A stretch of 63,076 bases of DNA, filler included, from Thermodesulfobacteriota bacterium (GTDB lineage Bacteria > DASVDK01): the NCBI GenBank assembly GCA_036381125.1. It is 9 parts of 9 records of this genome, joined end to end, with 100 filler letters (N's around TTAATTAATTAA, not from the genome) between each part and the next. Parts side by side here need not be neighbours in the genome. Positions count along the whole stretch, not along the records: positions 27,151 to 36,461 come from DASVDK010000099.1; positions 36,562 to 47,235 come from DASVDK010000100.1; 7 more parts are not named here. One strand, given 5' to 3'. Position 1 is the stretch's first letter. Each line of letters begins with the position of its first letter. The notes below the pieces were generated by a model, which was given only the letters and a program-made list of their open reading frames with translations, searched no databases and had not been told where the DNA came from. Position numbers and translations under genes: made by a program. Positions 28,164 through 37,749 of this stretch are shown in pieces.

Positions 28164-28584
28164 GGTTCCGGTCCATGCCGGCGTCGTCGGTCGCCTGCCG
28201 CCCGGCTCGGGCCATGGCCGTCTCGGAGTGGAGCCGCGTGAAGGTCTGGTAGTTCTCGGGAGTCCCGACGTAGACGCACACGCAGCCGTACGGGTCGGCG
28301 TACGTGTAGACCAGCCGGCCGTTGCGAAACTGCGGGACGACCGAGCGCGGCAGCGTGGTCCCGACCGCGAGCGACTCACGACTCGTGTCGGCCGGCTCGC
28401 GCCCGAAGCCGGCCGCGTGGAGGAGGTCCGCCGTGCTCGGCGCGTCCCGCTGGCCGACCATCGCGCATCCGCCCGTCGCGAGCACCGCCGCGAGCGCCGC
28501 CGAGCGAAGGGTCCGTCCGGGCGCTCGCCCGGCTTTCGCGAGAACGGCCTCGCGTGCGCCGCTGCCGTCATCCGGGATGATCAT
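28123..28584 (-). CDS. Hypothetical lipoprotein
   Basis: CAGGAG RBS; hydrophobic stretch then TGGC; LHAAGF, YTYADPYGCVCVYVG. Confidence 0.7.
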   Translation of the reverse strand: MIIPDDGSGAREAVLAKAGRAPGRTLRSAALAAVLATGGCAMVGQRDAPSTADLLHAAGFGREPADTSRESLAVGTTLPRSVVPQFRNGRLVYTYADPYGCVCVYVGTPENYQTFTRLHSETAMARAGRQATDDAGMDRNLMERDVWAPWLPE

Positions 28585-28648
28585 GGTCGTCTCCTGCCGC
28601 GCCATCGAGCCCGGCATGCGAATGATCACCCGCGAGGCGGCCATGGGG

Positions 28649-28714
28649 CTTGAACGTTCTTGACGGGCAACCGGCGCCGATGGCCGCAAGAGCGTTGCCG
28701 CAAGAGCGTTCAAG
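28649..28714. promoter_or_regulatory. Mirrored operator-like boxes between divergent lipoprotein genes
   Basis: Reverse complement of CTTGAACGTTCTTG (28649-28662) matches CAAGAGCGTTCAAG (28701-28714) at 13/14; tandem GCCGCAAGAGCGTT at 28683-28696 and 28697-28710. Confidence 0.5.
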
Positions 28715-28854
28715 ACAGCCCCCCAGGCCCGGCCGTAGCGTGTAAGGGAAGTCCGCGTCGCGACGCGGGGGACGACCAGGTCGCCGCGGACCGGTTCGAC
28801 GCGAGCGGGCCCGGGTGCGACTTCACCGACGTCGACGAAAGGAGAGACACTGCC

Positions 28855-29328
28855 ATGACCCATCGTCGCCTCCATACTCGCGCGGGCCTCGGAGCCGCCC
28901 TGGCCGTCCTCGTGGTGACGAGCGCCGGGTGCGCGTCCCGTCCGGAGACCTACCCGGGCCACGAGAGCGACCTGCAGCCGGGGGCGCGCCCGATGATCGT
29001 CATCGGGGAGACGGGATCGGCCCGCACGGACCCGGCCGAGCTCACCGTGCGTTCCGGCACGGACGTCGCCTGGTTCAACGCGTCGGATGCCGAGGTCTTC
29101 GTCCGCTTCGAGGGCCCCATCGCCCGGGCGTGCGGGACGCCGGTGAACTTCAAGCGCTCCTCGGACGGTACGAGCTACGTGAGCGGCTTCATCCCGCCCG
29201 ACTCGGAGGCGCGCCTCTGCTTCTCGACGCCGGGCCGATACGCGTTCGTCGTCTCGAGCACCGGCACCGAGGGCACGAACGGGGCGGCGGGCGAGGACAC
29301 GAAGTACGGGGCGGTCGTCGTGGAGTAG
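28855..29328 (+). CDS. Lipoprotein with cupredoxin-like fold pattern
   Basis: AAAGGAG RBS; lipobox SAGC; PAELTVRSGTDVAWFN, FSTPGRY, GAVVVE. Confidence 0.7.
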   Translation: MTHRRLHTRAGLGAALAVLVVTSAGCASRPETYPGHESDLQPGARPMIVIGETGSARTDPAELTVRSGTDVAWFNASDAEVFVRFEGPIARACGTPVNFKRSSDGTSYVSGFIPPDSEARLCFSTPGRYAFVVSSTGTEGTNGAAGEDTKYGAVVVE

Positions 29329-29375
29329 GGCCGGTCGCGAGATCGAACGGACCCGAGGCGACCTCGCACGGGGGC

Positions 29376-32300
29376 TCAGTCGTGCTCGCCGAGTATCGGT
29401 AGGGAGAACTGGAAGGTGGCGCCGGGGCCGGCGTTGGAGGAGGCCCAGAGCCGGCCGCCGTGCGCCTCGACGATCGACCGGCTGATCGACAGCCCCATGC
29501 CCATGCCGCCGGGCTTGGTGGTGAAGAACGCGTCGAAGAGCCGGGCCGCCGTGGCCGGCTCGAGCCCCACGCCGGCGTCCTGTACCGCCACGCGCACCTC
29601 GGCCGCGTCGGCCCGGTGCGTGCGGATCACGAGCTCCTGCGGCCCGTCCGCGGTCGCGGCCATCGCTTCGAGGCCGTTCACCACGAGATTCAGGATCACC
29701 TGCTGCAGCTGCACCCGATCGCCGTGCACCGGCGGCAGCGCGGACGACAGGTCGGTCCGCAGCGCCACCCGGTGCTGCCGCGCCTCGCTCCGGATCAGGG
29801 CGACGACCTCGCGAACGACGTCGTTCACGTCCAGCCAGGTCTTCTGAGGGTCGGTCCGCGCCGACAGCGCGCGAATGCGCTGAAGCACCTCGCTGGCCCG
29901 ATGCCCGTCGCGGATGATGCGCTGGACGGCGGCGCGCGCCTCGGCCAGGTCCGGCCGCGGCCGCTCGAGCCAGCGCAGGCAGGCCTGCCCGTTGGCGCTG
30001 ATGGCCGCGAGCGGCTGGTTCACCTCGTGAGCGATCGAGGCGGCGAGCTCTCCCAGCGTCAGGACGCGGGAGACACGGGCCAGCTCCGCCTGCGTCAGGT
30101 GCAGCGCCTCCTCGGCACGCTTCCGCTCGGTGATGTCCACGGTCGTCCCGATCAATTCGACCACGTCGCCGGACGCGTCGAGGACCGGATGCCCCACGAC
30201 GTGGATGTACTTGACCGACCCATCCGGAGTGACCAGCCGGGAATCGTACTCGAAGTCGGTCCGTTCCCGGGTCGCCCTCTCCGTCGTCTCCATGAAACTC
30301 GCCCAATCCTCCGGGGGGTGGAGCGCTCGCGTGCGTTCGAAGGACGGCGGGCCCTCCGAGGGATCGAGGCCCGCGATGCGAAAGAGCTCTGCCGACCAGT
30401 AGATGGGTCGCCGACGAACGACGTCCCAGGCCCAACTGCCCGTGTGGCTCACTTCCTGGGCTTCGGCCAGGTAGGCCTCGCTCCGACGCAGGGCCTCTTC
30501 GGCCTGCCGGCGATCGTGGATGTCGGTGCTGGTCCCGTACCATCTGACGATCGAGCCCCGCTCGTCCCGCAACGGCACCACGCGGATCAGCAGCCAGCGA
30601 TACTCCCCGTCCGCCCTCCGCATGCGCGCTTCGGCCTCGAACGGCACCCCGGCGGCCAGGGCCGCACGCCACCCGTCCACGAGCCATTCGGCGTCCTCCG
30701 GATGCGCGGCGGCCGTCCAGCCCCAGTTCCGTACGTCCTCGAACGAGAGGCCGAGGTACTCCCGCCAGCGTTCGTTGACGAAATCCACGGAGCCGTCGGG
30801 ATGCGTGCTCGCGACCAGCGCCGGCATGGTGTCGATGACGAGGCGAAGCTCCCGCTCGGCTCGCCGGACCCGCTCCTCGGCCCGCGTTCGATCCTCGAAG
30901 AGTCGGGCGTTCTCGAGGGAGACGGCGGCCTGGGAGGCGAGGAGCTCGAGCAGGGCGATGCGGGCCGGCGTGAAGACGTGGGAGGCGAGGCGGTTCTCGA
31001 GGTAGAGCACGCCGATCAACCGCCCCGGCTTGGCCAGCGGCAGGCAGAGGATGGACCGGCAGCCGTGCCGTCGGATGTACCCGTCGCCCGCGAAGAGGGC
31101 CTCGGCCGAGGCGTCGTCGAGCCGCACGCTGTCCTGGGTCCGCAGGACGTACCGGAGGACCGACTCGGGCAGCTCCGCCGGGGTGGCGGCCGCCTGGCGC
31201 AGCCGGACCGTGACCCGGTCGCGCTCCGTGGTCGCCTCCGCCTCGATGCGCGGCCGGGCGCGGTGCGGCAGGATCAGGAGCCCGCGCTGGGCCCCCGCGT
31301 GCTCGACCGCGATCGCCAGAAGCGTCTCGATCACCTTCCCGGGGACGAGCTCGCTCGAGACGGCCTGGGACGCCTTGACCACCGTGGCGAGGTCCATCTG
31401 CTCGACCGGCGCGGAGGTCGTGGGCGTCCGGCCGAGGGGCGCCGACTCGGCGCGCAGGTGCGGGTGGGCCCGGTCGAGCTGGCGCACCTTGCCGTCGGCG
31501 CCCCAGCGCAGGTAGCCGTACCGGGCGCTGCGCAGGTAGGCGTGGGCGATCGTCTCGAAGCCGCGCGCGGCATAGAAGCGCGCGGCGAGTTCGTGGGCGA
31601 GGGCCTCGTTGTGGACGAAGCCGTGCGCGCGCGCCGACCGGATGGCCGCCTCGTAGAGGCGCTCGGCGTCCAGCTCCCGGCCCTCGAGCCGCGCCACCTC
31701 GGCCCCCACGAGCGCCGCGCGGTCCGCGAAGTTCTCCGGGCAGTTCTCGGCCCACCGCGCGAGCCGCTCGTGGTGGGCGGCGATCGCGTCGAGGTGCCGG
31801 GGCCGCTCGTCGGCGGGGGCCGCGTCGTGGAGCGCCGCGCGCGCGAGCGCGGCATGGAAATGGTACTCGGCCAGCTCGAAGAACGATGGCGACGTCCAGA
31901 GCAGCCGTTGCGCCTTCTCCGCCGCCGCGACGGCGGATGCGTTGTCGACCGCGTAGACGCGTGCCTGCAGCTTGCGGATCCAGTGCCAGCACGCGACCAC
32001 GGCCAGATGCGGAGCGCCCTCCAGGTCCTGCTCGAACCGGCCCTCGTCGAACTCGTCGCCGTCGAAGGACCCGAACGCGGGCGTCAGGCCGCGGAGCGTT
32101 CGGATCAGCCTGAGCTGTCCGGTGACCAGCTCGGCGATGAGGCCGAACCGCGCCTTGCGCGCGAAGTCGAGCCCGGCCTCGGCTTCGCGCTGCACGTCGC
32201 CGAGCGGGTCTCCGCTGGCGAGCCGGTCCGTGATCAGGTTGGCGCAGCTGTAGGCCGCGCAGTTGAGGTCGCCGGACTGCTGCGCCGCGTCGAACGCCTG

Positions 32301-35276
32301 CCGCACGAGCGCGTGGCCGGTGCGCAGGTGCCGGTTCCAGGGAACGACGTGGTGCCCGAAGGCCAGGTAGCTGCGCGCCTTGAAGCGGTCCAGCTTCCGC
32401 TTCTCCACGAGATCCAGGCTGAGCTGACCGAAGCGCAGCCCCGCCCGGTAATCGCCGAACCGCGGGCCCAGGACCAGGCCGAGGTAGGCGTAGGCGATGC
32501 ACGATGCGTCGCCGTTGCCGTACTCGAGGCTGAGGTTGGTCATGCGACCGACGACGAGGTGGTACAGCGCCCTGTCGGTCCACTCGGTCGCCGGCATGAG
32601 CTCCGCGAGCACCTCCATGGTCGCGCGCCAGCCCGGATCGGCCATGGGGGGCAGGTCGACGAGCGCCTCGATCGGGCGGCTCCCGAGCCGGCGCCAGATC
32701 CGTTCGTGTTCCTGCCGGACCACCTCCTCCGTCGGATGCGGCGCCCACTGGATGCCGACGCGCCGGAGGTGCTCGAGGCCCACCTCGATGGCGCGGTCGC
32801 TCCGGCCCGAGGTCATGTGGAGCGCTACCCGGACGCCGGTGACCGTGGCGTGGTCGACCAGGTCGGCAGCGCGGTGCGAGAGCATCGACAGCCGGTCTTC
32901 CGCCGCCGTCAGGTCACCGGTCAGGAACTCGCACTCGGCCCGATGGAGTCCGAGCGGGAAGGCGAGCGCGTAGCGCCGCTCCCAGCGGTCCTCCGGCAGG
33001 AGCGCCTCGCCCGCGGCGAAGTAGGTCAGCGCCGAGGCGTAGGCCGTCGCCGCCTTGGCGCGCCGGCCCGCCACGAGGTTGAGCTCGGCGACCCGCTCGC
33101 GCTCGTCCTGCGCCGTCATCAGCGCGACGCCGCGGTTGAGCTGGTTGACGACCTCGAAGACGTGCTCTCCCAGCCTCTCCGGCGGTGTGTTCGCCGCCAG
33201 CAGCCGGCCGATCCGGAGATGGACCTCGGGGCGCCGTGCCTCGGGGATGAGTGCGTAGGCCGCCTCCTGGACGTGGTCGTGCAGGAAGCCGTAGGAGCCG
33301 CCCGTGTGGAGGACGAGCCCCGCACGGACGGCCTCCCGGAGGTCGGCGTGCATCGCCGCCTGCGAGCCGCCGTGAACCAGGTTGAGGGGGGCGATCTCCG
33401 CGCGATTGCCGAGACAGGCGAGCTGCTGGAGGGCCCCGCGGGTCGCCTCGGGGAGCCGGTTCAGCTTCCCGACCATGAGGTCGACGACGTTGTCGGTGAA
33501 GCCCTTGGCGCGGATGCGGGCCAGGTTCCATCGCCAGCCCGCCTCGCGCACGTCGAACTCGAGGAGGTGCTCCTCGGCAAGGGTGGTGAGGAACTGGATC
33601 GCGAAGAAGGGGTTGCCCCCGGTCTTCTCGTACACGAGCCGCGCGAGCGGCTCCGCACGAGCCCGCTCGCAGAGCAGGGCGTCGGCGACGAGCCGGCCGA
33701 GGTCCTCGGGCGCGAGGGGCGAGAGCGCGATGTCGCGCACGAGCGCCCGGGTCTTGCGGATCGAGTCGAGCGTCAGCACGAGGGGGTGAGACGGGCCGAC
33801 CTCGTTGTCGCGATAGGCGCCGACCAGCAGGAGATGTCGCACCTCCGGCCGGGTGATCAGGAACGCGAGGAGCTCGAGCGTCGCCGCGTCGAGCCACTGG
33901 AGGTCGTCCAGGAAGAGGGCGAGGGGATGCTCCTTGCGGGCGAACACGCCGAGGAAGCGGCGGAACACCATCTGGAAGCGGTTCTGGGCATCCTGCGGCG
34001 GGAGGTCGGGCACCGGCGGCTGGGGGCCGAGGACCAGCGCAAGCTCGGGGACGAGGGCCACGACGAGCTGTCCGCAGGGGCCGAGCGCCGCCTGGAGGTC
34101 CTCCCGCCAGCGGGCGACCTCGGCCTCGCGCCGGCTCAGGATCTGGCGGACGAGGGTCCGGAAGGCCTGGGCCAGGGTGGCGTACGGGATGTCGCGCCTG
34201 TACTGGTCGAACTTGCCCGCCGCGAACAGCCCGCGCGGGGCGACCAGCGCCCTGTGCAGCTCGTGCACGACCGAAGACTTGCCCATGCCCGAATAGCCCG
34301 AGACCAGGACCAGCTGCGGCGTGCCGTCGGCGACCACCTGGTCGAAGGCCTCGAGCAGCGCCCGGGTCTCGCGCTCGCGTCCGTAGAGCCGCTCGGGGAT
34401 CACGAGGCGGTCGGGGACGTCGCGCCCGGCGAGCGGGAACGGATCGATCCGTCCGCGGGCCTGCCACTCGGCCAGACACCGCCGCAGGTCGGCCTCGACG
34501 CCCGCGGCGGTCTGGTAACGGTCCTCCGCCCGCTTCGCCAGCAGCTTCAGCACGAGGGCCGACAGCGGGCCGGGAATTCCGGGTACGTGCTCCTCCGGGG
34601 GGACCGGCGGCCGGGCCATGTGGCCATGCATCAGCTCCATGGGGTCGGTGGAGGTGAAGGGCAGCGTCCCGGTGAGCATTTCGTAGAGGGTGACGCCGAG
34701 GGCATAGAGGTCGCTGCGCGAATCGACCGACCGGTTCATCCGTCCGGTCTGTTCGGGCGCCATGTAGGCGATCGTCCCCGCGATCACCTCGGGGGGCTCG
34801 GGTGCGGGGCGCTCGCGCGGCAGGCGGGACGCCACGCCGAAGCCCGTCAGCCAGGCCCGGCCGGCCGCGGGCTCGACGAGGGCGTTGGTCGGCTTGATGT
34901 CCTTGTGGACGAGGCCGCGCGCGTGGACGCGCCCGAGCGCCGACGCCAGGCCGATGGCGATCCGCAGGAGCGCCGTCGGCTCCAGCGGTTGGGCCAGGAG
35001 CCGCGCCAGGAGCTCGCCGCCGGGGTCGGCGAGCAGGAGCGTCGGCCGCCCCTCTGCGTGAACGAGCGCGAGGGGTTGCGCCGCCCACGCCGGCTCCAGT
35101 TCGTCGCGCAATGCATACTCGTGCTCGAGCCGCCCGAGCGTCTCGGGGGCGGGGTGCTCCGAAGCCGGCGTGACCACCAGGACCGCCGACCGCCCATCGT
35201 CGGCGACACTCCGGGCCAGGACCAGATCCCCGTCCTCCCGGAGCCGCTCGACCGCGGCTCTCGGCGCCTTGCTCAT
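29376..35276 (-). CDS. Hybrid Ser/Thr kinase-AAA ATPase-GAF-PAS-PAS-histidine kinase (HstK-like, ~1966 aa)
   Basis: HKDIKP, YMAPEQTGR, GYSGMGKS, FLDDLQW, GVLYLEN, two PAS-PAC domains, IAHEVNQP, GMGMGLSI. Confidence 0.93.
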   Translation of the reverse strand: MSKAPRAAVERLREDGDLVLARSVADDGRSAVLVVTPASEHPAPETLGRLEHEYALRDELEPAWAAQPLALVHAEGRPTLLLADPGGELLARLLAQPLEPTALLRIAIGLASALGRVHARGLVHKDIKPTNALVEPAAGRAWLTGFGVASRLPRERPAPEPPEVIAGTIAYMAPEQTGRMNRSVDSRSDLYALGVTLYEMLTGTLPFTSTDPMELMHGHMARPPVPPEEHVPGIPGPLSALVLKLLAKRAEDRYQTAAGVEADLRRCLAEWQARGRIDPFPLAGRDVPDRLVIPERLYGRERETRALLEAFDQVVADGTPQLVLVSGYSGMGKSSVVHELHRALVAPRGLFAAGKFDQYRRDIPYATLAQAFRTLVRQILSRREAEVARWREDLQAALGPCGQLVVALVPELALVLGPQPPVPDLPPQDAQNRFQMVFRRFLGVFARKEHPLALFLDDLQWLDAATLELLAFLITRPEVRHLLLVGAYRDNEVGPSHPLVLTLDSIRKTRALVRDIALSPLAPEDLGRLVADALLCERARAEPLARLVYEKTGGNPFFAIQFLTTLAEEHLLEFDVREAGWRWNLARIRAKGFTDNVVDLMVGKLNRLPEATRGALQQLACLGNRAEIAPLNLVHGGSQAAMHADLREAVRAGLVLHTGGSYGFLHDHVQEAAYALIPEARRPEVHLRIGRLLAANTPPERLGEHVFEVVNQLNRGVALMTAQDERERVAELNLVAGRRAKAATAYASALTYFAAGEALLPEDRWERRYALAFPLGLHRAECEFLTGDLTAAEDRLSMLSHRAADLVDHATVTGVRVALHMTSGRSDRAIEVGLEHLRRVGIQWAPHPTEEVVRQEHERIWRRLGSRPIEALVDLPPMADPGWRATMEVLAELMPATEWTDRALYHLVVGRMTNLSLEYGNGDASCIAYAYLGLVLGPRFGDYRAGLRFGQLSLDLVEKRKLDRFKARSYLAFGHHVVPWNRHLRTGHALVRQAFDAAQQSGDLNCAAYSCANLITDRLASGDPLGDVQREAEAGLDFARKARFGLIAELVTGQLRLIRTLRGLTPAFGSFDGDEFDEGRFEQDLEGAPHLAVVACWHWIRKLQARVYAVDNASAVAAAEKAQRLLWTSPSFFELAEYHFHAALARAALHDAAPADERPRHLDAIAAHHERLARWAENCPENFADRAALVGAEVARLEGRELDAERLYEAAIRSARAHGFVHNEALAHELAARFYAARGFETIAHAYLRSARYGYLRWGADGKVRQLDRAHPHLRAESAPLGRTPTTSAPVEQMDLATVVKASQAVSSELVPGKVIETLLAIAVEHAGAQRGLLILPHRARPRIEAEATTERDRVTVRLRQAAATPAELPESVLRYVLRTQDSVRLDDASAEALFAGDGYIRRHGCRSILCLPLAKPGRLIGVLYLENRLASHVFTPARIALLELLASQAAVSLENARLFEDRTRAEERVRRAERELRLVIDTMPALVASTHPDGSVDFVNERWREYLGLSFEDVRNWGWTAAAHPEDAEWLVDGWRAALAAGVPFEAEARMRRADGEYRWLLIRVVPLRDERGSIVRWYGTSTDIHDRRQAEEALRRSEAYLAEAQEVSHTGSWAWDVVRRRPIYWSAELFRIAGLDPSEGPPSFERTRALHPPEDWASFMETTERATRERTDFEYDSRLVTPDGSVKYIHVVGHPVLDASGDVVELIGTTVDITERKRAEEALHLTQAELARVSRVLTLGELAASIAHEVNQPLAAISANGQACLRWLERPRPDLAEARAAVQRIIRDGHRASEVLQRIRALSARTDPQKTWLDVNDVVREVVALIRSEARQHRVALRTDLSSALPPVHGDRVQLQQVILNLVVNGLEAMAATADGPQELVIRTHRADAAEVRVAVQDAGVGLEPATAARLFDAFFTTKPGGMGMGLSISRSIVEAHGGRLWASSNAGPGATFQFSLPILGEHD

Positions 35277-35906
35277 GGTGGAGCCCCGCGACCGCACGAC
35301 CGGTAGGGGCCGTATGAAGCGGCAGCCCCACGGCCGGCCGTCGTACGGCTCGGTGAACGCGTGCGTGCGTGCGTGCACGGCACGCGCAACCGAGCGAACC
35401 CTCCTCGGGTCGGGCCTGCCGCCCCCGAGGTCCCGCTCGAGGTCGGGCGCGGCGCGTCGCGACGCCGCCCGTGGGATGTCGAGCAGGGCCTCGGAAGGGA
35501 TCTCGGCTCGTCGGCAGCCCGCGCGGCGCGCAGTGGGGACTCGGCCCACCTCGTCGCCCGCACGGCCTGCACGACGCGGGCTCGATGGACGTTGACCTGT
35601 GGCCGATCTCGGGCTGAGGAGGCCGCATCCTCGACGCGGCCGCGACGCGCCGACGGCCGGCACGCGGGCGACGCGGTACGCCGCACGAGGCGTTGTCGAC
35701 AACCCGTCGCGGGATCGTCCTCCTCGCACGGAGACCAGCGCCCGTAAAGCCGCTGGAGCCGGGTGGACGAGTCACGTCCGGAGTTGTCCCTGCGATGGCT
35801 TCATCGACGCCGTGTCGCGAGCGGCGCGGGCCGCCGTGGGGCGCCTCGCGCGATGGACGGCGTGTGCGCGGGCGTCGTTTCCGCGGCGAAGCGAGAAGGG
35901 GCAGGG

Positions 35907-35944
35907 TCGATCGGCTGATCGACAGCCCCATGCCCGTGCCGCCG
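35907..35944 (-). pseudogene. Remnant of a histidine kinase G2 box in a long intergenic stretch
   Basis: 36/38 identical to 29474-29511; encodes GGTGMGLSISRS with no intact ORF around it. Confidence 0.55.
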
Positions 35945-36461
35945 CCCGGGCCGCGAAGACCTCGAGCGAACGAAAGGCCTCGGCCGCGGCACGGGTCGGC
36001 CGGCCTGCGGCGCCGCCATTCGGCGGCCGCCCGATCAAGGGGGCGCTCATGCGCGGCCTCCGACCATCTCGAGCGCCCGCGGGAGCGTGGCCTTCGGCAG
36101 CTCGACGGTGAACCCGTCGTGCGTCGGGGGGCGCGCGCTCGACCTCGAGCGCCACGGTTGCCGAGCCAGCGAGAACTCGCAGGACGCCCGATCGCGCACC
36201 TCGATCGCGACCCGGCCGGCGGCGCAGGAGCCGCGCCGGAGCCCGTCGAGGTCCGGGGAGGCGCGTGCGTCTCGACCAGACGCCGCCCGTCCACCCTGCC
36301 GGGGGAAGGGGAGGGACGTTGCGGCCGATCGTCACCAGATACATCGTGGCACGATTTAACTGACGTCCGTGCCGCCCGTGGCTCGCCGAGCGCGGCGCAC
36401 ACGGCGGCACGCCGACGGCGTGCCGTTTCGCGCCGAACCGGGGCTCGTTCCACGATGCAGC

Positions 36462-36561
36462 NNNNNNNNNNNNNNNNNNNNNNNNNNNNNNNNNNNNNNN
36501 NNNNNTTAATTAATTAANNNNNNNNNNNNNNNNNNNNNNNNNNNNNNNNNNNNNNNNNNNN
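36462..36561. other. Artificial contig linker
   Basis: 44 N + TTAATTAATTAA + 44 N. Confidence 0.99.
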
Positions 36562-37159
36562 GCAGGTCGAAGTAGGTCTGGGCGACGTCGGCGATGAGCG
36601 TCGTCACCACCGTCCGGCGGTTCTCCTCGGTCGCCAGGAGGTCCGCGCGCGCCGCCTCCGTTGCCCGGCGCAGCCGCCCCCAGAGGTCCAGCTCGAAGGA
36701 CAGGTCGAGGTTGGTCTGGTACAGGCCGGTCTCCGGGTTCACCCTGGCGTCCGGCGGCAAGGCGTTCAGCGGGAAGCTGTTCTCGGAGAATCGCTGGTTG
36801 GTGTAGCTCGCCTGGCCATCGACCTGCGGGAACTCGGCCGAGCGCGTGATCCCCAGCCGGGCCCGCGCCTCGGTGACCCGGGCGACCGTGATCCGCAGGT
36901 CCGTGTTCTCCTCCAGGGCCGTCCGGATCAGGTCCTGGAGAACGGGATCCTGGAAGACCTGCCACCAGTCGAGGTCGGCCAGGGATCCGGTGCCCTCGGC
37001 CGGGCTCCGCCACTGTGCCGGCACCGGGACCGACGGCCGCCTGTAGTCGGGCCCCACGGCGCAGCCGGCCAGGCCGCAGAGGACGGCGAGCCAGAGGCCG
37101 CCCCACCGGCGGCTCCGACGGCCGATACCCCCGTTCGACGCGTCTCGACGGTGGAACAT
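36562..37159 (-). CDS. NodT/OprM-family efflux outer-membrane lipoprotein (3' truncated)
   Basis: LAGCAVGPDYRRP, WWQVFQDPVL, FELDLWGRLRR. Confidence 0.92.
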
Positions 37160-37163
37160 CGGC

Positions 37164-37589
37164 TCACCGCTCCCGGTACGCGCTCGGCGTGACGCCGATC
37201 CTGCGCCGGAACGCCGTCGTGAAGTGACTCGGCGTCCGGAACCCCACCAACCGGGCAATCGTGCCGACCGAGAGCCGCGTGCTCGTCAGCAGGGCGGCCG
37301 CCCGGGCGATCCGGCGGTGAACCACGAACCGGTGCGGCGGCAGCCCCGTGCTCGCCTTGAAGAGCCGTGCGAAGTGGAAGGGGCTCATGTGCACCAGGCC
37401 GCTCAACTCGGCGAGCCTCAGGTCGCGCTGAAGGTTCGCCTCGACGTACTCCGTGACGCGCCGGAGCCTCGATCCGGGGAGGCCGCCCGTCGGCGGGCTC
37501 GCGTCCGCGCGCTCATCCGGGATCGGAAGCGCCGCCTGGCCCACGGCGCGGCCCGCGTCGGCCCCGTCGACCCGGCTAGGCTCGGACAC
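37164..37589 (-). CDS. AraC-family regulator, HTH domain only
   Basis: GGLPGSRLRRV, MSPFHFARLFK, VGFRTPSHFTTAFRR..GVTPSAYR. Confidence 0.85.
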   Translation of the reverse strand: MSEPSRVDGADAGRAVGQAALPIPDERADASPPTGGLPGSRLRRVTEYVEANLQRDLRLAELSGLVHMSPFHFARLFKASTGLPPHRFVVHRRIARAAALLTSTRLSVGTIARLVGFRTPSHFTTAFRRRIGVTPSAYRER

Positions 37590-37749
37590 GGCGCGCCTTC
37601 CTGGCCAGCATGAGATGATAGGCGCCGAGCTTCACGACCCTGTGCGCGACGCCCACGCACCGCTCGCAGAGAAACCAGTAGACGACGCAGCCGCTGCTGG
37701 TCCTCAGCCTCGGCAGCGTCCCGCTGCACCCCATCGCCGGACACGTCAT
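37576..37749 (-). CDS. Small Cys-rich putative Zn-ribbon protein (57 aa)
   Basis: GGAGG RBS; ATGA overlap with the kinase stop; CPAMGC...CERC. Confidence 0.5.
   Translation of the reverse strand: MTCPAMGCSGTLPRLRTSSGCVVYWFLCERCVGVAHRVVKLGAYHLMLARKARRVRA

Noticed and set aside
29460..35306. 1948-aa plus-strand ORF and other long overlapping ORFs (28123-32748, 32914-36453, 54967-59034, 54845-58468)
   Set aside because: Shadow frames of real genes in GC-rich DNA: Arg/Gly/Pro-rich, no motifs. Only the in-frame tails matching real genes were kept.
35358..35376. Short (GCGT)n run as a phase-variable repeat
   Set aside because: Only about four units, plausible by chance at this GC content.
36347..36363. 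TGGCACG as a sigma54 promoter
   Set aside because: No TTGC at the -12 position, and the downstream gene is lost in the gap.
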